Shown: positions 25,165-33,729, counted from the first letter of the stretch. The stretch: DNA of 36,611 nucleotides from Candidatus Woesearchaeota archaeon (GCA_964346485.1 CAYFUJ010000044.1:1-36611); one strand, 5' to 3'. Notes: generated from the letters alone by a model not told the origin. Translations and numbers: made by a program.

Positions 25165-25237
25165 TAGCCCTGCCAGGATTCGAACCTGGGTCACAGCCTC
25201 CAGAGGGCCGCATACTTGACCGCTGTACTACAGGGCT
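25165..25237 (-). tRNA. tRNA-Gln (anticodon CUG)
   Basis: The reverse complement AGCCCTGTAGTACAGCGGTCAAGTATGCGGCCCTCTGGAGGCTGTGACCCAGGTTCGAATCCTGGCAGGGCTA folds as a 73-nt cloverleaf. It has the A1-U72 pair typical of archaeal tRNA-Gln and the anticodon loop CTCTGGA. Confidence 0.9.
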
Positions 25238-25335
25238 ATATCAGATAGTTATAAATAAGGGTATTAAAATATTATCTTTTGTTAATTTAAAACTTTAAGG
25301 GATAAATTTAAATTCATAAAATTTTTATTATCTCT

Positions 25336-25782
25336 ATGCTTAAAAAAACACACATCGTGATAGGATTTTTTGTAACCCTTTATTTTCTTCCCTATGTAAA
25401 CAACAAACTCGTATTTTTTCCTATTGTTATGATTGCAAGCCTGATTCCAGATATTGATTCCTTGATTGCTCCTAAAAAAAATTATAAAATACTCAAGGCA
25501 CTTAAATCCCAGTCATATAAGGATTTTATGCATAGTTATACTTTTTGTGTTATTTTATCCTTAGTGATAGCTTTTTTTTACCCTATTTTAGCCCTTCCTT
25601 TTTTTGTTGGATACTCGTTTCACTTATTTTTTGATAGCCTTGGTGTTGATGGAACCAGGCCATTCTGGCCCCTTAAAATCAGGTCCAAAGGATTTATCGT
25701 TCCTGGAGGAAAAACCGAGAAAACAATTATGGTAATTCTTGGCTTTTTGAGCATTTTGCTTCTTCTGAGGTATATTTTTTAA
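25336..25782 (+). CDS. Membrane-bound metal-dependent hydrolase-like protein (YdjM/DUF457-like)
   Basis: The protein has 4 TM helices, with N-terminal THIVIGF, IPDIDS, MHSYTF and a His in HLFFDS. Confidence 0.5.
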   Translation: MLKKTHIVIGFFVTLYFLPYVNNKLVFFPIVMIASLIPDIDSLIAPKKNYKILKALKSQSYKDFMHSYTFCVILSLVIAFFYPILALPFFVGYSFHLFFDSLGVDGTRPFWPLKIRSKGFIVPGGKTEKTIMVILGFLSILLLLRYIF

Positions 25783-25850
25783 TTTTCTTTAAACTCTTAG
25801 AAAGATTTTTATATAACTTCTGTTTCATATAAAAGAGGCAATTTATAAAA

Positions 25851-26153
25851 ATGGTGAACTTTCTTGTAATTGGAATAGCTATTGTATTAATCGTTTTTAT
25901 GGCATTTAAATGGAATAATCTCAGAACAAAAACAGCATTTCTTTTCATTTTTTTAGGAGTGGTATTTTTGCTTTTGACAGGATATTTGATTCTTTCTGGC
26001 AAAAACATTGATCTTTCAACTGTTGAAGGTATATCTTCTGCTGTAAAAACTTATGCCTCTTGGTTTGTCAATGCTGGTTCAAATATTATTAAGATTTCCA
26101 GTTATGCATTTCATCAGGAATGGAAATCAGATGTAAAAAACGATACAGGTTAA
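25851..26153 (+). CDS. Small membrane protein (100 aa, 2 TM)
   Basis: Hydrophobic segments are LVIGIAIVLIVFMAF and FLFIFLGVVFLLLTGYLIL. The stop lies 1 nt before the next ATG. Confidence 0.4.
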   Translation: MVNFLVIGIAIVLIVFMAFKWNNLRTKTAFLFIFLGVVFLLLTGYLILSGKNIDLSTVEGISSAVKTYASWFVNAGSNIIKISSYAFHQEWKSDVKNDTG

Positions 26154-26154
26154 A

Positions 26155-26376
26155 ATGAAAGTTGTTATATTAATACTTATAAAATTCTTTTTAATATCGG
26201 CCTTATTTATAATTAGCAATGAGAGTCTACATTTAGGAGATCCTATGGAAAGAGAAACATTTTTTGATGCTTACAATACTTGGCTTGGGAATATATTTAA
26301 TCAAACCAAGGAAATTGTGAATTCTATAATAAATCTAAAATGGCTTCCAGAGGAAGCCTCTCCCAATTCAGCATAA
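26155..26376 (+). CDS. Small membrane-anchored protein (73 aa)
   Basis: It has an N-terminal TM (VVILILIKFFLISALFIISN) and is tightly coupled to the preceding ORF. Confidence 0.35.
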   Translation: MKVVILILIKFFLISALFIISNESLHLGDPMERETFFDAYNTWLGNIFNQTKEIVNSIINLKWLPEEASPNSA

Positions 26377-26407
26377 ATTTTAAAAACTATACATCATAAA
26401 TTATATT

Positions 26408-26659
26408 ATGGCAAGAAAAAAGAGGAAAGCAAAAAAAATTCCTAAAGCTGCCCGCGTTAGAGATAGGATTGGTCTTGCATGGAAAAATCTTATTCTATTT
26501 TTGATAATCTTCATAGTCTCTTTTCTTTTCTATAATTTTTCTTCAAGTGAATTGCTTAAAAATTTCTTTGGTATACTTTCGATAATTTTTGGCTTTTTGA
26601 CTTTTGCATTTCTGGTTGTTTTTATAGTTCTGTTAATTCTCAGAAAGGCAAGGAAATAA
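26408..26659 (+). CDS. Small membrane protein (83 aa, 2 TM) with basic N-terminus
   Basis: The N-terminus is MARKKRKAKKIPKAARVRDR, followed by two TM helices. Confidence 0.4.
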   Translation: MARKKRKAKKIPKAARVRDRIGLAWKNLILFLIIFIVSFLFYNFSSSELLKNFFGILSIIFGFLTFAFLVVFIVLLILRKARK

Positions 26660-26666
26660 CTCAAGA

Positions 26667-26674
26667 TTTTTATA
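26667..26674 (+). promoter_or_regulatory. TATA-like element (TTTTTATA) for tRNA-Thr
   Basis: It ends 24 nt upstream of the mature tRNA 5' end at 26698. Confidence 0.4.
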
Positions 26675-26697
26675 CTCTAATTCTGATTTTTTATTAA

Positions 26698-26771
26698 GCC
26701 TGTGTAGCTCAGTCGGTTAGAGCGCGACATTGGTAATGTCGAGGTCCTGAGTTCGAATCTCAGCACAGGCT
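26698..26771 (+). tRNA. tRNA-Thr (anticodon GGU)
   Basis: GCCTGTGTAGCTCAGTCGGTTAGAGCGCGACATTGGTAATGTCGAGGTCCTGAGTTCGAATCTCAGCACAGGCT folds as a 74-nt cloverleaf with anticodon stem CGACA/TGTCG and loop TTGGTAA. Confidence 0.9.
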
Positions 26772-26804
26772 TAAGTTTATAAAATAAGCAGCCCAAGAAA
26801 AACT

Positions 26805-27293
26805 ATGGAAAAAGACGAGCAGAAACTTGAGAAATTAAAAAAAGAATATGAAATTCTCAGAAATAAGTATAACCTCCCTGATTTCAAAAGCCTTAATGAA
26901 GACTTCCATATCGAGAAGATCGTAGAATCTGAAACAGAAATTCTCATAAGAGAAGTAAGAAAATTTATGGCAGACAAGATGTTGAATTATATGAGATTTA
27001 TTGAGAATCTTTTAAATCCCATAAATGCGCCTATGTTTGTTTTTTCAATTATAAAACTTCTGGATGCTGAAGAAAAAAATCTCATTTCTGAAATATACAA
27101 ACAACTTATGAAGAAAGAAATTCAGTTTATTGAACTTGACCTGGAATTCGATGAAAAAAGAGAGGCAGAGTTTATCAAAGATTCTTATAAATTTTGGCAA
27201 GGGATAAAAAGGGACATCTTAAAAATTATAGATAAAATCAACAGAAAATGGGATGATAAGTTTGAAGTAAATAGCAAAGGATATTTCGGATAA
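26805..27293 (+). CDS. Hypothetical helical/coiled-coil protein (162 aa)
   Basis: This is an intact ORF with a charged, heptad-like composition. I recognise no motif. Confidence 0.45.
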   Translation: MEKDEQKLEKLKKEYEILRNKYNLPDFKSLNEDFHIEKIVESETEILIREVRKFMADKMLNYMRFIENLLNPINAPMFVFSIIKLLDAEEKNLISEIYKQLMKKEIQFIELDLEFDEKREAEFIKDSYKFWQGIKRDILKIIDKINRKWDDKFEVNSKGYFG

Positions 27294-27302
27294 AAATTCG
27301 AC

Positions 27303-28961
27303 TTATAAAAACTCTTCTAACAAATCATCAAGTTTAATCTCAAACAGAGCAACAGGCATTTTTATTTTCCAATTTTTCAGAGTTTTTGGATGAATTTCGC
27401 TGGCAAGCCCCATTTTTTTTCCTTTAAAAAATATTTCTGCTGTTCTTCCTTCTATAAAATAAGGAGGAACTTCTGAAGCTTCTCTGAAAATTACCTCTCC
27501 TTTACCAACCATCCTAAATAAGTACTCAAGGATCTGCTTAATTTTGGTGAAATTTCCAGGAGAAATTGCGGCAGCGAGCATTTCCTTTTCTTTTATTTTT
27601 TCTTTTCCCTCTTTAAGGCAGAAGACTTTTCCTATTTCAAATATCTGCTGGGGATATTCTGAATCAACATTCTCTGAAAAGTTTTTCAATAATAAATGAG
27701 CCAGATTTTTTCTTAGTATGTCGTATTCTGTTTTTGACTCTTTGACTTCTATAAATTCTTCTTGTTTTTCAACTAGGCTCATTTTTTCTATCTGATCCCT
27801 TTTGTTAGTAAGATGATAGTTGGAAACCTCGATCATTCCGATTCCTGAAAGAATTTCTGAAAGTTTTTTCTTCATGACCTCCCTCTTATCTTCTTTTCCT
27901 GTTGTTGCTATTCCAGGAATCTCTGGCATGAAATTTTCATAACCATAAGCAATTGCAACATCTTCTATAATATCAACCTCATGAAGCACATCTGTTCTCC
28001 ATGAAGCTACTTCGGCAGAATTGTTCTTAGAATCATAATTATGACCCATTTTTTCAACCAGTTTTTTGAGTTCTTTTTCTTTCAGTCCGAGACCTAAAAG
28101 TTTGTTTGTATTTTCCAGTGAAATTTTCATTTTTCTTGAGGCTAAGTCAGGAGTTATTTCCTTTCTGCCATAGCGAAGATTCATCTGATAGATTTTACCG
28201 CCCATTTCATCCAGACTTGTCACAATTATATTAAGGCAGGTTTTGAGAATTTCAAAATCATCTCCAGAGCATTCAACAAAAACGTCCCTGGTATCAGATG
28301 TTACTTTTCCTGTCAGATGTGAATTAATTATTGGAGGCATGCTCAGAACTTGTTTATCTGCATCGATAAAAACCGGGAACTTTGCTTTCCCTGCGAGCAG
28401 ATGGGCATACTCTCTTCCTGCAGGATGTCGCTGAAGAATTTCAAGTCCTGAGAGTTCTCTATCCATTTCCAGAGGAATAAATTTTATTTTGTCAGGCTCT
28501 ATTGCCTTGAAAATTATTGGAAGCTTTATTTTTTCCATAGGATAGATTCCTATTGCAACCCTCTTCCTCTTTCTTCCAATAGTTAGATGAAGTTTTTCTT
28601 GCATTTCAATCAATTCTTTAATTTTTTCATCATCAACCCTAAGCCCTTTGACAATTGCGCATGCAGTATAAGGTCTGACGTCTTTTACAGAAGAATCTAT
28701 GATAATATCGTAATTCTTTTCAGGTTTGTTTACCTGATATTCCTTAAGCCCTGTCTTTTTTCCAAGGAAGGAGAGAAACGATCTCCTGAACCCATGGTAA
28801 GAGAGCAAATCAGGGCGGTTAGGGAAAATCTCCAGGCAGACCTCATTCCCTTTAACTGATTCTAGAGGGGTTCCGAACATTGCGATTTTGTTCTGCATGT
28901 TTTCATTGAGTTTTCCAAAATCTCTTTCAAACTGTCTTTTACTGAAGCTTATAATTGCCAT
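27303..28961 (-). CDS. pheT: Phenylalanine--tRNA ligase beta subunit (archaeal type)
   Basis: The 552-aa protein has B3/4 and B5 domain patterns (FPNRPDLLSYHGF, TSDTRDVFVECSG, SWRTDVLHEVDIIEDVAIAYGY) and a C-terminal class-II-like domain. Confidence 0.9.
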   Translation of the reverse strand: MAIISFSKRQFERDFGKLNENMQNKIAMFGTPLESVKGNEVCLEIFPNRPDLLSYHGFRRSFLSFLGKKTGLKEYQVNKPEKNYDIIIDSSVKDVRPYTACAIVKGLRVDDEKIKELIEMQEKLHLTIGRKRKRVAIGIYPMEKIKLPIIFKAIEPDKIKFIPLEMDRELSGLEILQRHPAGREYAHLLAGKAKFPVFIDADKQVLSMPPIINSHLTGKVTSDTRDVFVECSGDDFEILKTCLNIIVTSLDEMGGKIYQMNLRYGRKEITPDLASRKMKISLENTNKLLGLGLKEKELKKLVEKMGHNYDSKNNSAEVASWRTDVLHEVDIIEDVAIAYGYENFMPEIPGIATTGKEDKREVMKKKLSEILSGIGMIEVSNYHLTNKRDQIEKMSLVEKQEEFIEVKESKTEYDILRKNLAHLLLKNFSENVDSEYPQQIFEIGKVFCLKEGKEKIKEKEMLAAAISPGNFTKIKQILEYLFRMVGKGEVIFREASEVPPYFIEGRTAEIFFKGKKMGLASEIHPKTLKNWKIKMPVALFEIKLDDLLEEFL

Positions 28962-28962
28962 T

Positions 28963-29352
28963 TTATTCTCTTATTTTTTTAGCTATCTCTGTAACTTCAT
29001 TTGATTTATATTTTTTAGTTGGCCAAAAAGCAGCTAATCCATCATTAAAATATCTTGGGATTAAATGTATATGAAAATGTGGGATATCTATTCCGACAAT
29101 TGCTAAAACCACATAATCTGCCTTTGTCCCCTTTTTTATTTTTTTCATAAGCATTTTTGCTTTAACAAAAATTTTTTCTAAAATATCTTCAGGGGTATCT
29201 TCCATTTTTTTATAATGTTCTTTAGGTATCAATAAAGTATGACCATAATTGACTGGATTAATATCTAAAAAAGCTAAGATCTTTTCATCTTCGTAAATCT
29301 TTTCTGAAGGAATCTCGCCCTTCACAATTTTGCAAAAGATACACTCTTCCAT
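28963..29352 (-). CDS. HIT-family (histidine triad) nucleotide hydrolase
   Basis: Recognised motifs are CIFCKIVKGEIP, DINPVNYGHTLLIPKEH and the histidine triad HFHIHLIP. The gene has 1-nt gaps to both pheS and pheT. Confidence 0.85.
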   Translation of the reverse strand: MEECIFCKIVKGEIPSEKIYEDEKILAFLDINPVNYGHTLLIPKEHYKKMEDTPEDILEKIFVKAKMLMKKIKKGTKADYVVLAIVGIDIPHFHIHLIPRYFNDGLAAFWPTKKYKSNEVTEIAKKIRE

Positions 29353-29353
29353 T

Positions 29354-30874
29354 TTATTTCATCCAGAATTTCATTTTCCTCAATTTAGTTAAATCATTTT
29401 TGTAAAGTTCTCTTAAATCTTTGATTCCATAAATCTTCATTATCATTCTATCAAATCCAGGGCCCCATGCGAGAACAGGAATTGGTTTTCCCAATAATGG
29501 TGTTGTTACTTCTGGCCTGAAAATTCCTGCTGCAAACACCTCTATCCATTCTTTTCTTTCTTCATCCCAAACATCTCCTTCTAGACTTGGCTCTGTGTAA
29601 GGGAAATATCCTGGTCTAAATCTGACTTTTTCAAATCCCATTTTTTTTGCGAATTCTTTTAGATATCCTAGCAGATGCCTAAAGTTCACATTTTTGTCAA
29701 CGACAATTCCCTCTGTCTGGTTAAATTCAAAACCATGGCTCCAGTCAACAGCTTCATTTCTGAAGCATTTTCCTATAGCGAAGAATTTTGCAGGAAGCTC
29801 TTCTGGTTTTAGCTTTGCAAGTGTTTGGGCAGAAAGACAAGTAGTGTGTGTCCGAAGAACGAGTTTTTTTGCCTCTTCCTCATCCCAAGAATACTGCCAG
29901 CCTATGCTTCCCTCAACACCTGTTTCATGACTTTTTTTGACTTTTTTTACGAGTTCTTTGTCAGGAAGTTCTTCTTTCTTGTCGATAAAAAATGTATCCT
30001 GCATTTCCCTTACAGGATGGTCTTGGGCTGTGAACAAAGCATCGAAATTCCAGAAAGAACTTACAATCAGATTTCCTGTCATTTCCCGAAATCCCATTTC
30101 TGCCCAGATTTTTCTTGCATAATCAACTGCCTGATTTACAAAATGTCTTTTTCCGCCACTGAGTACAGAAACAGGAAGAGCCACGTCATATCTACGGAAC
30201 CTTCTCCCTTTCCACAAAGAATCTCTTTTAAGAATCTCTGGAGTTATCTGTTCAATTAAATATTTTCCTTTGATATCTTTTTCAATCACTTGTTTTCCAA
30301 GAGAAGTTATCTTTATATTTATAATTTTTTCCTCATTTATCTCAACTATGTTTTTTCTTTTTTCAAGAGAACCGAGTATGGAAAGCTGTTCAGAGCTTAA
30401 CGAACTATATTCCAAAGGAAGAGATTCGAGCAGAAATTCCTCAGGACTTTTTTTTGAAATCTCTTCTTTATCTGCATTAAATATTATTTTTTCCTTTTTT
30501 AATTCAATTAAACCCCTTTTCTTCAAGACACCTATCGAAGCCCTGAATTCATTGTCTGACAATCCGCTTTGTTTTTTTGCTTCATCAAGTTTCAAAATTC
30601 TTTTTTCATTTAACAGATTAAGAAGTCTTCTTTCAGGAAGGCCTTTTTTTCTGTATAATGCACCATTTACACCAACATTAATCACTCTTTTTTTTATTGA
30701 AGAAATCTCTATTATTCTTTTATTTTTAAGGTATTTAAGAGATCTTATTACAGAAACTTTGTCCAGATTTGATTTTTTGCATATGCTTGCTATGTCTTTC
30801 TCTTCAAGATAGAGAAGAATTTTTCTTTCGTTAGGACTAAGGGATTCCAGGATTTTTTCTATATTTTTACCCAT
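29354..30874 (-). CDS. pheS: Phenylalanine--tRNA ligase alpha subunit (archaeal type, long winged-helix N-terminal region)
   Basis: Class II motifs are present: HPVREMQDTFF, LRTHTT, FAIGKCFRNE, FNQTEG, PGYFPYTEPS and WGPGFDRM. The track start at 30883 is GTG; the first ATG is at 30874. Confidence 0.9.
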   Translation of the reverse strand: MGKNIEKILESLSPNERKILLYLEEKDIASICKKSNLDKVSVIRSLKYLKNKRIIEISSIKKRVINVGVNGALYRKKGLPERRLLNLLNEKRILKLDEAKKQSGLSDNEFRASIGVLKKRGLIELKKEKIIFNADKEEISKKSPEEFLLESLPLEYSSLSSEQLSILGSLEKRKNIVEINEEKIINIKITSLGKQVIEKDIKGKYLIEQITPEILKRDSLWKGRRFRRYDVALPVSVLSGGKRHFVNQAVDYARKIWAEMGFREMTGNLIVSSFWNFDALFTAQDHPVREMQDTFFIDKKEELPDKELVKKVKKSHETGVEGSIGWQYSWDEEEAKKLVLRTHTTCLSAQTLAKLKPEELPAKFFAIGKCFRNEAVDWSHGFEFNQTEGIVVDKNVNFRHLLGYLKEFAKKMGFEKVRFRPGYFPYTEPSLEGDVWDEERKEWIEVFAAGIFRPEVTTPLLGKPIPVLAWGPGFDRMIMKIYGIKDLRELYKNDLTKLRKMKFWMK

Positions 30875-30879
30875 TTTAT

Positions 30880-31323
30880 TCACAGATTTTTAGTCATGCT
30901 TGTAGGCATTCCAAGCAAAAGACCCAGCGATTTTAGATTATATCTGTCTCTTTTTTTGCTTGAGATGAACTTCATGTTTAGTTTATTTTTATTGCAAAGT
31001 TTTATGTTCTGTCTTATTCTGGAGAGAATCTTTGGTCTTTCTTTTTTGTTTGAATCAAGAATCTCATCGAGGTTTATTCCTAGTGAGATATTTTTCTTTT
31101 TTGCGAGTTTTGCAAGCACTTGATTGAAACCAGAATCCCTTTGTTTCATTCTGTCTTTTCTTCCAGACAGATTAAGGAGAAGGACATTTATCTTTTCTTT
31201 TTCCATAACTTTTCTGTTTAGCTCATCATTATTACTAGAAAAGATTATCTTTTTTCCCTTATTCTCCTTTATTCTTTTCCTCGCTTTCTGAAAATCATTC
31301 TCTCTAATTATTATGGATTTCAT
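30880..31323 (-). CDS. rnp3: Possible minimal RNase P protein component 3 (Rpp30-like), 147 aa
   Basis: The C-terminal pattern SGFNQVLAKLAKKKNISLGINLDEIL...R.KILSRIRQNIKLC.KNKLNMKFISS....YNLKSLGLLLGM resembles the Rpp30 TIM-barrel C-terminal half as I remember it. The protein is much shorter than typical Rpp30 (about 210-240 aa). Confidence 0.4.
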   Translation of the reverse strand: MKSIIIRENDFQKARKRIKENKGKKIIFSSNNDELNRKVMEKEKINVLLLNLSGRKDRMKQRDSGFNQVLAKLAKKKNISLGINLDEILDSNKKERPKILSRIRQNIKLCNKNKLNMKFISSKKRDRYNLKSLGLLLGMPTSMTKNL

Positions 31324-31390
31324 TTTTTAAAGAAAACATAGGTATTTATAAACTTTAAACCAAAATGCTATCAACTAAAATCTATCAACT

Positions 31391-31738
31391 TTATCTAATT
31401 TTAAAATAATTAATTATATAATCAAAATAAGGTAAAGCAGCCTTATTTTCAAGAGGTTTAACATGAAAAGCATTAGCTTCAGGATATTTTTTATTAACTA
31501 TCTGTGTTTCTAAACTTTCTTTTATTTGAACAGAAGTTTCTTCCCAGCTAATAGAATTAAATATCGGTGTGAAAGCTTCTATAATTTTGGGAAGAGTTCC
31601 ATCAACTTTTACTAATCGACCACCTTTTGATTTATCAGTTATTAATTCTATTAGACCATATTTAGATACTTCTAAACTTCCTAAATGGGCTTCAAGTAAA
31701 TTTGTTTTTTTATCCATTTTAATCTTGAAATTTTTCAA
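31391..31738 (-). CDS. Hypothetical protein (115 aa)
   Basis: This is an intact ORF with no recognised motif. Confidence 0.4.
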   Translation of the reverse strand: MKNFKIKMDKKTNLLEAHLGSLEVSKYGLIELITDKSKGGRLVKVDGTLPKIIEAFTPIFNSISWEETSVQIKESLETQIVNKKYPEANAFHVKPLENKAALPYFDYIINYFKIR

Positions 31739-31787
31739 TTTATAAATATTTCGCTGCTAAAAAAATTATTTTATTTCAAATAAAAAA

Positions 31788-32492
31788 TCATCCAAAGACA
31801 ATAGTTCCCCTGAATTTTTTTCCTTTCAGGACATTTTCGAGCTGTTTTAAGTCTTTTCCCACTATGTATGTCTTAATTTTTTCTCTTCTGATAATTTTTG
31901 AAGCTGTCTGGTCAAGGACAAAGTGCTGGCCTGGCTGATATTTGCTTGCTTTTGCCATCTTATCGAAATTTTTCCAGTTGATTTCTGAGATAAACTTTGC
32001 ATTTTTATATTTTTTAGGGTCTTTATCATACAAACCCGGGACATTAGTGATATTGATGAATAAAGCTTTGAAAATCTTTGCAAGTCTTGCAGCAGTTGAG
32101 TCAGAGGTTTGCTCTGGCTTATACTCGAGAGCGCCACAAAAAACAAAATTGTGTTTTTTAAGATATTTTTTCAAGTTTTCTGTCGTATGAGGAATTCCGT
32201 ATTCAGGATCTTTATTAAAAAAATAATTCATAAATCTTGCATTCATTCTTGTTGCAGAAATTCCTGAATAACTCTGGAATTTTTGATTTAACCCTTCTTT
32301 TCTTAAAGCAGAAATATATTTCCTCGCAATGCCACCGCCACCACATGAAATTATGAATTTATATTTTTTTGTATTTCTCAAAATGACCTTTTTAAATTCC
32401 CTTAAAAATTTTATATCAACATCATCAGAAATTATCAAACTCCCCCCAAGACTTAAAACGACCATCTTTTTTTTCATATTTATTGGAATCAA
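31788..32492 (-). CDS. pyrH: UMP kinase, archaeal type (amino-acid kinase fold)
   Basis: Recognised motifs are VVLSLGGSLI, SCGGGGIARKYI, TSDSTAARLA and VPGLYDKDP. The true start may be the internal Met (MKKKMVV). Confidence 0.8.
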   Translation of the reverse strand: MIPINMKKKMVVLSLGGSLIISDDVDIKFLREFKKVILRNTKKYKFIISCGGGGIARKYISALRKEGLNQKFQSYSGISATRMNARFMNYFFNKDPEYGIPHTTENLKKYLKKHNFVFCGALEYKPEQTSDSTAARLAKIFKALFINITNVPGLYDKDPKKYKNAKFISEINWKNFDKMAKASKYQPGQHFVLDQTASKIIRREKIKTYIVGKDLKQLENVLKGKKFRGTIVFG

Positions 32493-32508
32493 ACTTTATT
32501 TTTATATC

Positions 32509-32790
32509 TTACTTTATTGTAAAAAGAGAACTATCTTTTACATCAAATATTCCGAGTCTTACTCCTGAATCAAGCCATCCGTGCGCATAGCTCAGAGCTG
32601 CAAATGCATTCACAAAATCCTTGTTTTTTTCAAAATATTCCGAGTCTGAAAGATAATCCGAAACCATTTTAAGTATTTTCTGGGCCTGTTTTTCCTTTCC
32701 TTTAACTATAGAACCTTCTGCAATTTTTACTGCCCGAGATGTCAAACCCCGGTATTTTTTTATTTTTTCTTTTGTAATTCTGTCCTGCAT
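32509..32790 (-). CDS. DUF357-family archaeal protein
   Basis: The 93-aa protein carries YLSDSEYF...D.VNAFAALSYAHGWLDSGVRLG, which is typical of DUF357 as I recall it. Confidence 0.55.
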   Translation of the reverse strand: MQDRITKEKIKKYRGLTSRAVKIAEGSIVKGKEKQAQKILKMVSDYLSDSEYFEKNKDFVNAFAALSYAHGWLDSGVRLGIFDVKDSSLFTIK

Positions 32791-32874
32791 ATTGATTAAG
32801 GGGCTTTTTCGTTTTTAAATTTACTTGGAGTTTGGAAATATTTAAATATAACAGCCCTTTAATTAACTTATAAA

Positions 32875-33654
32875 ATGAGGAAAATTTTTTTTGTTTTTGG
32901 GATTATAATAATTGTATTTATTATAGGATTAATTGTATCTGCCCAATTAACTAATGAAACAAATCTTGAGCAAGGAACCATCCAAGATGTAGTTAAAAAT
33001 GTTTCCTCTGATGTCTCTACACAGATTTATGACTATGTTTCAAATTTTGTCCAGAAGAGGGGGATTTTTCCTTCTGAAATTTCTTTTGTAAGAGAAGTTG
33101 ATTTTGATTCCCTTCCCAAATCAGTTCATATTGAAAATGTAGGTGAGCATAATCTTGCAATCTACGAGATTTCTTATGAAGAAGAAGGTCAGGAAGACCA
33201 AATTTATGTCATAACTTATTCTGTAGGAGAGCTCAAAGAGCAGGGAGACATAATCGTTGCTCAGGACAAAAGACAATTCCTGAACTTTGGATTTGCGGGA
33301 ATCATGAGTAAATCAGGATTTCTGAAAACAGCCACAGAAGTTGAAACAAGTCTGGAAAAAGGATATATCATGGTAAGGGACGGAAGCATAACTGCTGTTT
33401 CAACAAATCTCGAGGTTTTCAAGAGCAATCCCGGAGAGATAGAAATAATAGTTTATAGAAATGGAGAACCAATCGGATTCGGAAATATATTCAGCACGGC
33501 ATCTCCTGAAATAAAAAAAGACCACAATATCCAGTCAAAGGGTGTGGTAACATTTAAAGCAGGAGATGTTATTTCTGTCTATCTAAAAGCAAGTGGCACA
33601 GATATTGAATGGGGAGATGTCATAACAATGGTTGAAATTACAACTACGAGTTAA
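32875..33654 (+). CDS. Membrane-anchored or secreted protein (259 aa), unknown function
   Basis: It has an N-terminal signal anchor (IFFVFGIIIIVFIIGLIVSA) and a beta-rich C-terminal half. Confidence 0.5.
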   Translation: MRKIFFVFGIIIIVFIIGLIVSAQLTNETNLEQGTIQDVVKNVSSDVSTQIYDYVSNFVQKRGIFPSEISFVREVDFDSLPKSVHIENVGEHNLAIYEISYEEEGQEDQIYVITYSVGELKEQGDIIVAQDKRQFLNFGFAGIMSKSGFLKTATEVETSLEKGYIMVRDGSITAVSTNLEVFKSNPGEIEIIVYRNGEPIGFGNIFSTASPEIKKDHNIQSKGVVTFKAGDVISVYLKASGTDIEWGDVITMVEITTTS

Positions 33655-33729
33655 TTTCATGAAATATATAAAAAATCCTATAAATTCTACTGACACAAAG
33701 TTTTTAAAGAAGATTCGTTTAACCTTCTT

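Noticed and set aside
30270-30812. Long antisense ORFs opposite well-supported genes. Examples are 30270-30812 (+) opposite pheS, 6192-6593 (-) opposite the basic protein gene, 3531-3968 (+) opposite topA, and 16586-16942 (-) opposite fen1. Further examples are 19480-19845 (+) opposite the HerA-like gene, 22904-23272 (+) opposite the SSF transporter, and 17973-18299 (-) opposite the trm5-like gene.
   Set aside because: Their translations are low-complexity (F/L/S/I-rich) mirror images of Lys/Glu-rich genes on the other strand. They have no motifs and overlap completely with genes carrying clear catalytic signatures. Stop-poor antisense frames are expected in AT-rich genomes.
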